NCBI GenBank assembly: GCA_944323585.1
Contig: CALUTA010000001.1
Span: 1 to 30,057 of the forward strand
From: Candidatus Gastranaerophilales bacterium
GTDB taxonomy: Bacteria > Cyanobacteriota > Vampirovibrionia > Gastranaerophilales > Gastranaerophilaceae
Direction: 5' to 3'
DNA length: 30,057 nucleotides
Positions 16,172 to 24,450 of this stretch are shown piece by piece. A program made the position numbers and the translations under genes. The notes beneath the pieces are model-generated. The model saw only the letters and a program-made list of their open reading frames with translations. It made no database searches and was not told the origin of the DNA. Positions within the stretch are counted from its first letter, which is position 1; the number at the start of each line of letters is the position of its first letter.

Positions 16172-17782
16172 ATGTTTTTTAATAAGCCTAAATTAACAGG
16201 AAATGATTATAATGAATGTGTTGCAAGAGGCAGCTGTGCTGTTTCGCCGGAAATCAGAGCCATACAGGAAGTGATTCTGCTGTTTACTCATCAGCTTGCT
16301 TTTTACGAGCTGGTGCATGAGGAGCATAATATTTCTTATTTTGAAAATAAAGAAACTCTTATTGACAGCATTATAACGCTTATATCAACTTCCGAATATA
16401 CTCACGACCAGCTTCTTGAAATCGTAAGCAGGATATATTCAAAACTCCTGTATGCAAGAAAAGAGTATCTGAATTTCTGTACCGAAAATAATATAAAATG
16501 CAATGATATCAGACTTTCTTTCAAACTAAATCCTGAAATGACATTGAATGAAATCATAAAATCCGGCGAAAAAGTCTTTCTTGAAAAGTATAAAAAAATA
16601 TCTCTTCAACAAAAAAATCTTCAGGATATTCTAATAATTGCAGTGAAAAGTCTTTGCACAAATTTACTTAAGCTTAAAGAATTTAACAAATTCGATGACT
16701 CTGCTTATAAAGATATTCTGAGAGCTCTAAATTATCTGAATTACAGACGCATATCCTCCGTAAAGCTAAAAAGCATTACAAATAAACTGACACAGGATGA
16801 TATAAAGCTTGTAACCCTTCTTGCGGAAGCACAAAGTGCAAAATTCGGACCAATAATCAAAACTGTAGTATCACTTTCATCTGCGCAGGGCAAAGCAATA
16901 CTTGTCTCAGGCTCTAATCTACAGAATCTTTATGACATACTAAAAATCACAGAAAACACAGGAATAGACATCTATACTCATTCTGACCTTATGATAGCAC
17001 ATGCCTTTGAAAAGTTCCGACAATTTCCGCACTTGAAGGGTCATTTCGGAAGCTGCTACAGCAACTGCATAGTAGATTTTGCAACATTTCCGGGGGCAAT
17101 TCTTCTTACAAAAAATACTTTTCCTAATGTTGACTATCTTTACAGAGGAAAATTGTTCTCTGCCGAAGAAATTCCGCCTAAGGGAGTTTTGCAGATTAAA
17201 AACAATGATTTTACCCCCCTGATAGAAGCGGCTTTAAGTTCTAAAGGTTTTACCAAGGGGCGCGAAGTTGCACCTGTCACAGTCGGCTACGTGGAAAAAG
17301 AACTTGGCGAAAAATTGGACAATATCTGCACTCGTTTTAACAATCAGGAAATCCATAACCTTATAATTATCGGGATGTCAGATTTTTCAGGAATTCAGGA
17401 TGAATATTTTAGGAAATTACACAAACTCCTTGAGCCGAATACCTATGTGATAACATTTTCGCACCACAGCAGTGACAGAGAAAACGAATTACATATAAAT
17501 CTGGTTAATAACCTTCCTGCTGTCTATGGTATTATGCTGAAGATATTCCAAAAAATAGATATTGCTTCGGAAAGGCTGGCATTTTTTCTCACCAAATGTG
17601 ATCCGGGGGCTATTTCAAACATGGTTAACATGTATAATGCAGGCGCAAAACAAATTTTCTTATCCCAGTGCCCGTCTTACATAATTAATCCTAATATTCA
17701 AGGAACACTTAAAAATTTATACGGTATAACACCAACTACCAATCCGCAAAACGATCTTGCTAAAATTTATAAAACATTATAA
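16172..17782 (+). CDS. Hybrid-cluster protein (Hcp/prismane)-like protein with degenerate metal ligands
   Basis: Colinear with Hcp throughout (ECVARGSC..SPE...IQ, ILVSGSNL, TGIDIYTHSD, HLKGHFG, FPGAILLTKN, INPNI...L...YGITP), but the ligand positions are substituted. See findings. Confidence 0.85.
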   Translation: MFFNKPKLTGNDYNECVARGSCAVSPEIRAIQEVILLFTHQLAFYELVHEEHNISYFENKETLIDSIITLISTSEYTHDQLLEIVSRIYSKLLYARKEYLNFCTENNIKCNDIRLSFKLNPEMTLNEIIKSGEKVFLEKYKKISLQQKNLQDILIIAVKSLCTNLLKLKEFNKFDDSAYKDILRALNYLNYRRISSVKLKSITNKLTQDDIKLVTLLAEAQSAKFGPIIKTVVSLSSAQGKAILVSGSNLQNLYDILKITENTGIDIYTHSDLMIAHAFEKFRQFPHLKGHFGSCYSNCIVDFATFPGAILLTKNTFPNVDYLYRGKLFSAEEIPPKGVLQIKNNDFTPLIEAALSSKGFTKGREVAPVTVGYVEKELGEKLDNICTRFNNQEIHNLIIIGMSDFSGIQDEYFRKLHKLLEPNTYVITFSHHSSDRENELHINLVNNLPAVYGIMLKIFQKIDIASERLAFFLTKCDPGAISNMVNMYNAGAKQIFLSQCPSYIINPNIQGTLKNLYGITPTTNPQNDLAKIYKTL

Positions 17783-17786
17783 AAAC

Positions 17787-17816
17787 AAAAAATCCCGCCA
17801 TATGACGGGATTTTTT
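17787..17816 (-). terminator. Intrinsic terminator after rpsG, probably bidirectional
   Basis: Minus strand reads AAAAAA-TCCCGTC-ATAT-GGCGGGA-TTTTTT. Confidence 0.8.
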
Positions 17817-17833
17817 ATTATATTAATCAAGAA

Positions 17834-18304
17834 TTAATATCTGTAATGAGCAAAAGCCTTGTTAGCTTCAGCCATTTTATGGGTATCTTCACGTTTTTTG
17901 CAAGCTGCACCTGTGCCGTTTGAAGCATCAATAATTTCATTAGTTAATTTGTCAATGAAAGATTTGCCGCCTCGTTTTTTAGCGAAATCAATAATCCAGC
18001 TTGAAGAAAGAGCAAAACCTCTGTCTGCTTTAACTTCAATCGGCACCTGATAAGTTGAACCGCCGATACGTCTTGCTTTAACTTCCAACAACGGAGTAGC
18101 ATTTGAAAGACCTTTCTGGAAAACTTCCATAGGATCCTGATTTGTTCTTTCTTTAATTCTTTCCATTGTCTGATAGAAGATTTTTTCAGCCAATGATTTT
18201 TTACCGCGTCTCATAATTCTGTTGATGAATTTGGAAACGTCAACACTGTTATATACCGGATCTGCTAACGGAACACGTTTTGCAGGTTTAGAACGTCTAG
18301 ACAT
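17834..18304 (-). CDS. rpsG: 30S ribosomal protein S7
   Basis: [18 protein letters not shown]...KFIN.IMRRGKKS; EVKARRIGGSTYQVP; HKMAEANKAFAHYRY. Confidence 0.99.
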   Translation of the reverse strand: MSRRSKPAKRVPLADPVYNSVDVSKFINRIMRRGKKSLAEKIFYQTMERIKERTNQDPMEVFQKGLSNATPLLEVKARRIGGSTYQVPIEVKADRGFALSSSWIIDFAKKRGGKSFIDKLTNEIIDASNGTGAACKKREDTHKMAEANKAFAHYRY

Positions 18305-18690
18305 TACTTCTTACCTCCTTTAGCATTCTTTTTGGCACCGTATTTAGATCTGCTCTGAGTTCTGTTTGCAACACCTGCAGTATCAAGAGTACCTCTTACA
18401 ATGTGATAACGTACACCCGGAAGGTCTTTAACCCTGCCGCCTCTGATAAGAACAACACTGTGTTCCTGAAGGTTGTGCCCGATACCGGGGATATATGAAG
18501 TAACTTCAAATCCGTTTGTCAAACGAACCCTTGCAACTTTTCTTAAAGCTGAGTTCGGTTTTTTAGGGGTTGTTGTGTAAACCCTTGTGCAAACTCCACG
18601 TCTTTGAGGGCAATCCATCAAAGCAGGAGATTTTGTTTTGTCTGTAAGCTTTTTACGTTCACGACGTACAAGCTGGTTAATTGTAGGCAT
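18304..18690 (-). CDS. rpsL: 30S ribosomal protein S12
   Basis: [52 protein letters not shown] overlap with rpsG. Confidence 0.99.
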   Translation of the reverse strand: MPTINQLVRRERKKLTDKTKSPALMDCPQRRGVCTRVYTTTPKKPNSALRKVARVRLTNGFEVTSYIPGIGHNLQEHSVVLIRGGRVKDLPGVRYHIVRGTLDTAGVANRTQSRSKYGAKKNAKGGKK

Positions 18691-18856
18691 TAGTTTCTCC
18701 TTTTGTTAAATTACATCATTTCGGCAAAACCATATCCTGAAACCCTTACGCATTCCGGTATGACTGGACTGCCGGATTTTATTTTAAATCCCTACGTCCT
18801 ATTTTTGCCTGACAAGCCGGTTATTCCAGCACGAAAATTCGACTGTGTCTTTTTTT

Positions 18857-18885
18857 ATTAAAATTCAAATATGCACAGGTGTCAA
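18857..18885 (-). promoter_or_regulatory. Sigma70 promoter of rpsL-rpsG
   Basis: Minus strand TTGACA (18885-18880)-N17-TTTAAT (18862-18857), implying a ~160-nt leader. Confidence 0.6.
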
Positions 18886-18912
18886 GTAAAATTCAAGTTT
18901 TGCTTAATGTTA

Positions 18913-18941
18913 TTGAAAATTTTTTCCTAATACGATATAAT
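18913..18941 (+). promoter_or_regulatory. Sigma70 promoter of the 18968 gene
   Basis: TTGAAA-N17-TATAAT. Confidence 0.6.
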
Positions 18942-18967
18942 CTATGATATTAAATAGGAGAATTTTG

Positions 18968-19612
18968 ATGAAAATTAAGATATATTTGTCTATAATAGGA
19001 TTGCTTTTTGCATTTTTAGTCTATTCGATATTTTTTATGAAAAGCGATTATGACACAGGAGATAAACTTGCACCGACTGTGCACACAAGAAGGGTCGATC
19101 CTGTTAATCATAAAATTATAGAGTATATTCCTGATTATCTTCCAAGACCAATTCCTGAAATTGTTCTTAAATCATCTAAAAAACATGACTTTTTTTATTA
19201 TCTGTTTATTAATGAGAACAAAAAATCAGTTTTGTACAATTATAAAGCCGGTTCACATTCTCCTGCGGACAGTGAGTCCTTTCACAAGGAGATTGACAAG
19301 TATTTAAAAAAAGTTAGGTTTGACGGTAACTATAAAAACCAGTATTCAACAAGCAGCGGAGTTAAAGTATACAAAAAAAATCTTCTAAGAGCCAACAAAG
19401 CTGCAACTTATGTCCCTAAAAAAGAGGACTCAAAATTTTATATAAGAAAAATGGAAAAGCAAAAGAATGAAATTATAGCAGTTGAACAATTTTATAAGGA
19501 TTGCGCCAAAACATTTTGTATTATAAATAACAAAACACACGAATACGTTATTCTTGATACAAGAGATATTAATAAAGCTAAAAAACTGCTTGATGATTAC
19601 AAACTCTGGTAA
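18968..19612 (+). CDS. Hypothetical protein with an N-terminal membrane anchor, Lys/Tyr-rich
   Basis: ATG at 18968 follows TAGGAG; the ATG at 18944 would lie upstream of the predicted transcription start. TM IYLSIIGLLFAFLVYSIFF. Confidence 0.7.
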   Translation: MKIKIYLSIIGLLFAFLVYSIFFMKSDYDTGDKLAPTVHTRRVDPVNHKIIEYIPDYLPRPIPEIVLKSSKKHDFFYYLFINENKKSVLYNYKAGSHSPADSESFHKEIDKYLKKVRFDGNYKNQYSTSSGVKVYKKNLLRANKAATYVPKKEDSKFYIRKMEKQKNEIIAVEQFYKDCAKTFCIINNKTHEYVILDTRDINKAKKLLDDYKLW

Positions 19613-19614
19613 GA

Positions 19615-20112
19615 TTAATCGTTTAATTTAAAATCACCATATTTTTTAATATGTTCAACAAGTCCGCCATCGGCAAGCATTTTACGCATTACTGGCGGAA
19701 TTGGTTCAATCTGTATAACAGCACCGTTTGTAAGGTTTGTAATTATGCCTTTTTCTATATCAACATCCAGTTCATCTCCGGCATCAATTGCATCAGTATC
19801 GCATTCAATAGCTAAAAGCCCGATATTTATGGCATTGCGGTAAAAAATTCTTGCAAAAGACTTTGCTATAACCGCCCCGACGCCTGCAATTTTAATAATT
19901 TGCGGGGCGTGTTCTCTAGAGGACCCCAGCCCAAAGTTGTTTCCTGCAACAACAAAATCACCTTTGCGCATTCTTGAAGCAAATGTTTCGTCAGCATCTT
20001 CAAGAACATGCTTTGCAAATTCTTCCAAATTAGAACGTAAATGAAACAATCTACCCGGTGCAATGTGGTCAGTTGATATGTTATCGCCGAATTTAAAGGC
20101 TTTTCCTCTCAT
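19615..20112 (-). CDS. leuD: Aconitase-family small subunit (LeuD/HacB type)
   Basis: FGDNISTDHIAPG; VVAGNNFGLGSSREHAP; VIAKSFARIFYRNAINIGL; GGLV. Substrate is uncertain. Confidence 0.85.
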   Translation of the reverse strand: MRGKAFKFGDNISTDHIAPGRLFHLRSNLEEFAKHVLEDADETFASRMRKGDFVVAGNNFGLGSSREHAPQIIKIAGVGAVIAKSFARIFYRNAINIGLLAIECDTDAIDAGDELDVDIEKGIITNLTNGAVIQIEPIPPVMRKMLADGGLVEHIKKYGDFKLND

Positions 20113-20205
20113 GATATTTCCTCCTTGTTTTCTACATAATACTACAAAAAAATCAGATTATATGATATAATTGCAAAGTATAAAAACATAATTGAGGATA
20201 TAACT

Positions 20206-20829
20206 ATGTACTTTAGCAGAAAATGTAAAATAACTTTTATAAGCCACGGGGCAACAATATATTCAGAAGAAGGACGCTTTTCAGATGTTCTTAATTACCC
20301 GCAGCTGAATGATGCAGGGCAGACTGAGGTTGAAAAAATTACCGAATATTTAAGGCTCAGAGCTATTAAAAACGACAAAATTTATTCTTCACCGGCAACA
20401 AGAACACTGCAAACAGCTGAAGTTATTGCAAAACTATACAAAAAGAACTATGAAATTATTGAAGAATTGACTCCCAGAAAATGCGGAAGCTTTAACGGCC
20501 TTACATATGAACAGATAGAACAAAAATATCCTGAAGAATTTAAAAGACTGATGACTGATCCGTCAGTTGCCACCCCTGATGATGCTGAGTCAGTGTGCGA
20601 TTTTGTAAAACGAACAAGCATCATTATAAATAGAATAGTTGAAGAAAATTTTCAAAATCGAGTCATTATAGTAACACATCCGGATGTAATTAAGGCTGCT
20701 ATATGTGATGCCATAAATGTTCCGCCTGCTTCTATGCCTAACATATACATTAAAACAGGCAGCGCAACACAGATAAGCTACTTTGAAAGCTGGAAAAGTT
20801 TGATTTATTCAGATTATACTCCGCTATAA
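20206..20829 (+). CDS. Histidine phosphatase superfamily protein (PhoE/CobC-like) with a degenerate active site
   Basis: ISHGAT (canonical RHGxT), LNDAGQTE, SSPATRTLQTA, CGSFNG, DAES, VTHPDVIK. Confidence 0.85.
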   Translation: MYFSRKCKITFISHGATIYSEEGRFSDVLNYPQLNDAGQTEVEKITEYLRLRAIKNDKIYSSPATRTLQTAEVIAKLYKKNYEIIEELTPRKCGSFNGLTYEQIEQKYPEEFKRLMTDPSVATPDDAESVCDFVKRTSIIINRIVEENFQNRVIIVTHPDVIKAAICDAINVPPASMPNIYIKTGSATQISYFESWKSLIYSDYTPL

Positions 20830-20834
20830 TCTTT

Positions 20835-22373
20835 TCAAGCTTCTAATAATCTTGTGCACTCGTTTTTTAAAAATTCTTTTCCCGGTTTAACATCAATGAA
20901 ATCCCAGGGCAGATTTGCGCCAAAATCAAATGTTTCGAGTGCATAATAGTCAGAATTGATTTTATGTTGTTTTGCTGATTTTTTGAAATCGCCGAGTTTT
21001 CCGCCGTTTTTGTAAACATCAATTAAAAAGTCAGTAAATCCTTCTCCGCCTCGGGAAAGAACAGCTTGCCAGTAGTCCCACTTTATACTTGAAACCGTGG
21101 TCTGAACTCCAATTTTATGCATTTCTTTTTTCAGGTATTGAACCTTTTGTTCAAGCGGCTTTGTTGCTTCACGGCCTATCCACTGAAATGGCGTGTTAGG
21201 CTTGGGTACAAAACTGGAAAAACCAAAACTAATATCAAAACTCTTATAATTCTTTTTAATTTTTTGAGCAAGAGAAACAAGAGCATTGATGTCTTCGTCT
21301 GTTTCTGTCGGAAGGCCTATCATACCATAGAATTTAAGCCCTTTTAAACCGGCATTTGCAGAAATATTTACTGCTTCAAATATCTTTTCTTCAGGTAAAT
21401 TTTTGTTTATAACTTTTCGTAAACGGTCGCTTCCAGCTTCTATTGCAAGGGTTATATTCTTTTGGCCGGCATCAACAAGAGTTTTAACTATTTCAGGCTT
21501 AACAGCATCAACCCGCAAAGATGATACGCTCATTTCTATTTTTTTACCTGACTTTATTTTATTGTCTATAAACTTGAAAATCTCCGTAAATTGGGGATGT
21601 GCGCTAATTTGTGCACCCAAAAGCGCGATTTTATGCGTATATTTCAATCCTAAATCAATATATCTAAGAATATCCTCATAAGGAGCGCATCTTAAAGGTA
21701 AGTTCATATAAGATGCAAGGCAAAAACCGCATCTGTTAGCGCATCCACGTGCCATTTCAATAATAAAAGTATTGCTGAAAAAGGCATCCGGGCTTATTAT
21801 CGGAGTATATACACAGCTTTCCAGACGTTTTGTAAGCTTTTTAACCTTCTCTTGCCGCAGAGAAGGTACATAAATACCCTCAAGCTCTGCAAGTTTTTCA
21901 AGAATTTTATTTTTAGGTTCTCCTTTGGATGATTTACAAACTTCTACGACCTTCAGATTAATATCTTCGCCATCTCCGATAATTATAAAATCGAAAAAGT
22001 CTTTGTATGGAATAGGATTAGCGCTTACCACCGGACCTCCGGCAAATATAAGAGGGCAATCTGCATCTCTTTCAGAGGACTTCAGCGGAATTGCAAATCT
22101 TTCCAGTGTTGAAAAAATACTAATAAAATCAGTATCAAAGGTAAAAGAAAATCCGATTAAATTAACGTTTTCAATCCTGTATTTTGTAGTTTTTGTGTCA
22201 GTGCAGAGCATTTCTATATTAACATCATCAAGCCGGTCAATATCCTTAAACATCCACAGATACCCCAAAGACGACAGAGCAAAAGATTTCACCCCGGGAA
22301 ATGCCAGCCATACCGTATAGTCCGCATTTTTTGAGATATTTCTTTTATAAAGATATATATCAGAATTACTCAT
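20835..22373 (-). CDS. Radical SAM protein with an N-terminal B12-binding-like domain (COG1032-like)
   Basis: IEMARGCANRCGFC (CxxxCxxC); GGPVVSANP; IIGDGED; SSLRVD; AIEAGSDRLR..INK; MIGLPTET; FVPKPNTPFQW. Confidence 0.88.
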   Translation of the reverse strand: MSNSDIYLYKRNISKNADYTVWLAFPGVKSFALSSLGYLWMFKDIDRLDDVNIEMLCTDTKTTKYRIENVNLIGFSFTFDTDFISIFSTLERFAIPLKSSERDADCPLIFAGGPVVSANPIPYKDFFDFIIIGDGEDINLKVVEVCKSSKGEPKNKILEKLAELEGIYVPSLRQEKVKKLTKRLESCVYTPIISPDAFFSNTFIIEMARGCANRCGFCLASYMNLPLRCAPYEDILRYIDLGLKYTHKIALLGAQISAHPQFTEIFKFIDNKIKSGKKIEMSVSSLRVDAVKPEIVKTLVDAGQKNITLAIEAGSDRLRKVINKNLPEEKIFEAVNISANAGLKGLKFYGMIGLPTETDEDINALVSLAQKIKKNYKSFDISFGFSSFVPKPNTPFQWIGREATKPLEQKVQYLKKEMHKIGVQTTVSSIKWDYWQAVLSRGGEGFTDFLIDVYKNGGKLGDFKKSAKQHKINSDYYALETFDFGANLPWDFIDVKPGKEFLKNECTRLLEA

Positions 22374-23421
22374 TTGCCTCCGGATTCGGGTCTGATTTTT
22401 CGTTAATCGGTTTTATATAAAGTTCATCAATTAAAACGCATATGGTTGAAGCAATGGCAGGCGAAAGTAGTACTCCAAGAAATCCTAAAAATTGTTCGCA
22501 GACAAATAATGCCAGAAATATTGTTAACGGGTGAAGTTTCATAAACTTTCCGAACAAAAGCGGTCTTACAACAATATTTGAAGCCTGTTGGATAAGGAAA
22601 AAAGTGACAAGTAGCAAAATCAACTTGACAATTCCTACCGGATATGCAACCAAAAGAATTATAACAAGCGCAATTGTAGGCCCTAAAACAGGAACAATGT
22701 CCATTAAACCTGTAATTAACCCGAGAAGAAGCGGGTAGTCAACACCAAGAATAATAAGTACCAGCATCTGCAACAAACCTATTGCAATCATGGAAAGAAC
22801 CTGTGCCCTTACGTATCCGCCGACTTTGCTGCTTATTGTATTAAATATATCCGAAGCTCGTTTCTTAAGATTTTGCGGGAATAGTTCTTGAAACTTGTCA
22901 ATTAAGTATTCTTTGTCAACAAGCAGATAAAATATAATCATACCAATGGCGACAGTAACAACAAAAAACTGAAATACACCTATTGTTATATTCCACGACT
23001 GACTAAAAACACTGTGTGCAAAATCAGGATTTGTATCCAGAATAGAACTAAAATTAACAAGATCCGCAATCTTGTGCCCGTAAATTTTTAATGTTGTTAC
23101 ATAATTTGCTGCATCAATTATTTTGTCAGGGAATACCTGAATAAACGTTTTTATTTCCTTATAAGCAATTGCAATAATCGGAGCAAACAATGCAAATAAG
23201 GCCAGCAGGCCGCCAAAAACAGTAATCACAGCAGCAAGCGTACGATTATTTTTTAATTTTGTCTGCAATTTTTCAACAAAAGGATCCATAGCACAGGCGA
23301 TTACATATGCTGCAAAAAACAACATTACAATTCCTGTTATTTTGGGCAGAATTAGCAGCAAAATTACTATCCCAGCAATAAAAGCTATATTTTTAACGGA
23401 AAAAAAACGCGCTGATATCAT
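22366..23421 (-). CDS. AI-2E family (PerM) transporter
   Basis: Multiple TMs; VGGYVRAQ, IVPVLGP, VVRPLLFGK.MKLHPL, GFLGVLLSPAIA. Overlaps the radical SAM gene by 8 nt. Confidence 0.92.
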   Translation of the reverse strand: MISARFFSVKNIAFIAGIVILLLILPKITGIVMLFFAAYVIACAMDPFVEKLQTKLKNNRTLAAVITVFGGLLALFALFAPIIAIAYKEIKTFIQVFPDKIIDAANYVTTLKIYGHKIADLVNFSSILDTNPDFAHSVFSQSWNITIGVFQFFVVTVAIGMIIFYLLVDKEYLIDKFQELFPQNLKKRASDIFNTISSKVGGYVRAQVLSMIAIGLLQMLVLIILGVDYPLLLGLITGLMDIVPVLGPTIALVIILLVAYPVGIVKLILLLVTFFLIQQASNIVVRPLLFGKFMKLHPLTIFLALFVCEQFLGFLGVLLSPAIASTICVLIDELYIKPINEKSDPNPEANE

Positions 23422-23534
23422 ATAAATTTAATACCTTTCAAGCAAACTAAAATACCTGATAAGTTTAACAGCAAAAGGATTTTTTTGCAATTCCGTTACA
23501 GAATGAAACAAATTATCAGTTTAGAAAAAAGATA

Positions 23535-23562
23535 AATGTAAATATTTGTAAATTTTTGTAAA
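23535..23562 (-). repeat. Triple 10-bp-period direct repeat identical to the HLR1 consensus
   Basis: Minus strand TTTACAAA-AA-TTTACAAA-TA-TTTACATT; all three octamers fit KTTACAWW with 2-nt spacers. Confidence 0.75.
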
Positions 23563-23642
23563 AAAAGCAGGCAAAAAAGTAAATTCAGAACAAAATATAT
23601 ACTTTATATATTTAACGAGGACTAAAAGAATAGAGGTTCAAG

Positions 23643-24161
23643 ATGGGTTTCCTAACCGGCGCATACTTAAAAATGACAACAGCGCGAATGCGGATTCAGC
23701 TCCAGCATGAGTTGACCTCCATTATGTCGCAGATGAACCGGGTGACCAAACAGATTGGTCAAGCCGAAAAGATGCTCACGGCTCAACAAAGAAACGGTGA
23801 TATGATGTTGAGGCAGCAGACTATGCAGTCGGTTTTTGGAGGGGCAAATTTTGCTGGATTTGATCCCAGCAACCCTGCAAGTTTGACAGGTGTAGATGCA
23901 CAAAAACTTCAAAGCTTTAGTGTATTGCAACAGGAAGCAAATTACAGATATGCAAACGCACAATCTGTCTGGGCAAACTATTTTGAAATGGTTAAAGAGG
24001 CACAGCTTGAGCCGTTAAAAGCTTTAGAAGAGAACCTTGCGGTAAGAAAAGCAAACATTGAATCAAGGTTGAACTTGCTCAAAGGTCAGGAAGAAGCCGC
24101 ACAGAATATGGAAAAATCTTCTCAGCAAGACTTCGTTCCCCAGTATACGGGCGGTCAATAA
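23643..24161 (+). CDS. Hypothetical Gln/Met/Ala-rich helical-hairpin protein
   Basis: AGAGG RBS; long amphipathic helices either side of a GGANFAGFDPSNP loop; no Cys; own terminator. Confidence 0.8.
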   Translation: MGFLTGAYLKMTTARMRIQLQHELTSIMSQMNRVTKQIGQAEKMLTAQQRNGDMMLRQQTMQSVFGGANFAGFDPSNPASLTGVDAQKLQSFSVLQQEANYRYANAQSVWANYFEMVKEAQLEPLKALEENLAVRKANIESRLNLLKGQEEAAQNMEKSSQQDFVPQYTGGQ

Positions 24162-24170
24162 TAAAAATTT

Positions 24171-24200
24171 AGCCCCCTTGCAATTGCAAGGGGGCTTTTT
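24171..24200. terminator. Bidirectional intrinsic terminator (perfect 26-bp palindrome)
   Basis: AGCCCCCTTGCAA|TTGCAAGGGGGCT (24171-24196) followed by TTTT, between convergent genes. Confidence 0.85.
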
Positions 24201-24214
24201 TAATGCATATATTT

Positions 24215-24403
24215 CTACCATTCGTCAATACTAATTGCACCCACCGGACAATTTATTGCCGCATCAAGACACTGTTCTTCATGACCTGATATCTTTGCTT
24301 GATTCGGTATTGATGAATTTTTATAAATTTCGAATACTTCAGGGCTTAGCTGCACACATGTACCGCATCCTATACAGTCATTTGAAACGCTTATCCACAT
24401 CAT
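24215..24403 (-). CDS. Monocluster [4Fe-4S] ferredoxin
   Basis: CIGCGTC...SPEVF...AAINCPVGAI. The start (24403 or 24400) is uncertain and there is no clear RBS. Confidence 0.85.
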   Translation of the reverse strand: MMWISVSNDCIGCGTCVQLSPEVFEIYKNSSIPNQAKISGHEEQCLDAAINCPVGAISIDEW

Positions 24404-24450
24404 ATTGTCAGTATTACAGATTTTTGATGCAGATACATCACCGTTTAGAC

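Noticed and set aside
18304-18690. Streptomycin-resistance allele of rpsL
   Set aside because: PKKPNS and RVKDLP are wild type.
24400-24438. 12-codon mini-ORF (MYLHQKSVILTI) whose stop overlaps the ferredoxin start
   Set aside because: Too short, with no properly spaced RBS; cannot be distinguished from chance.
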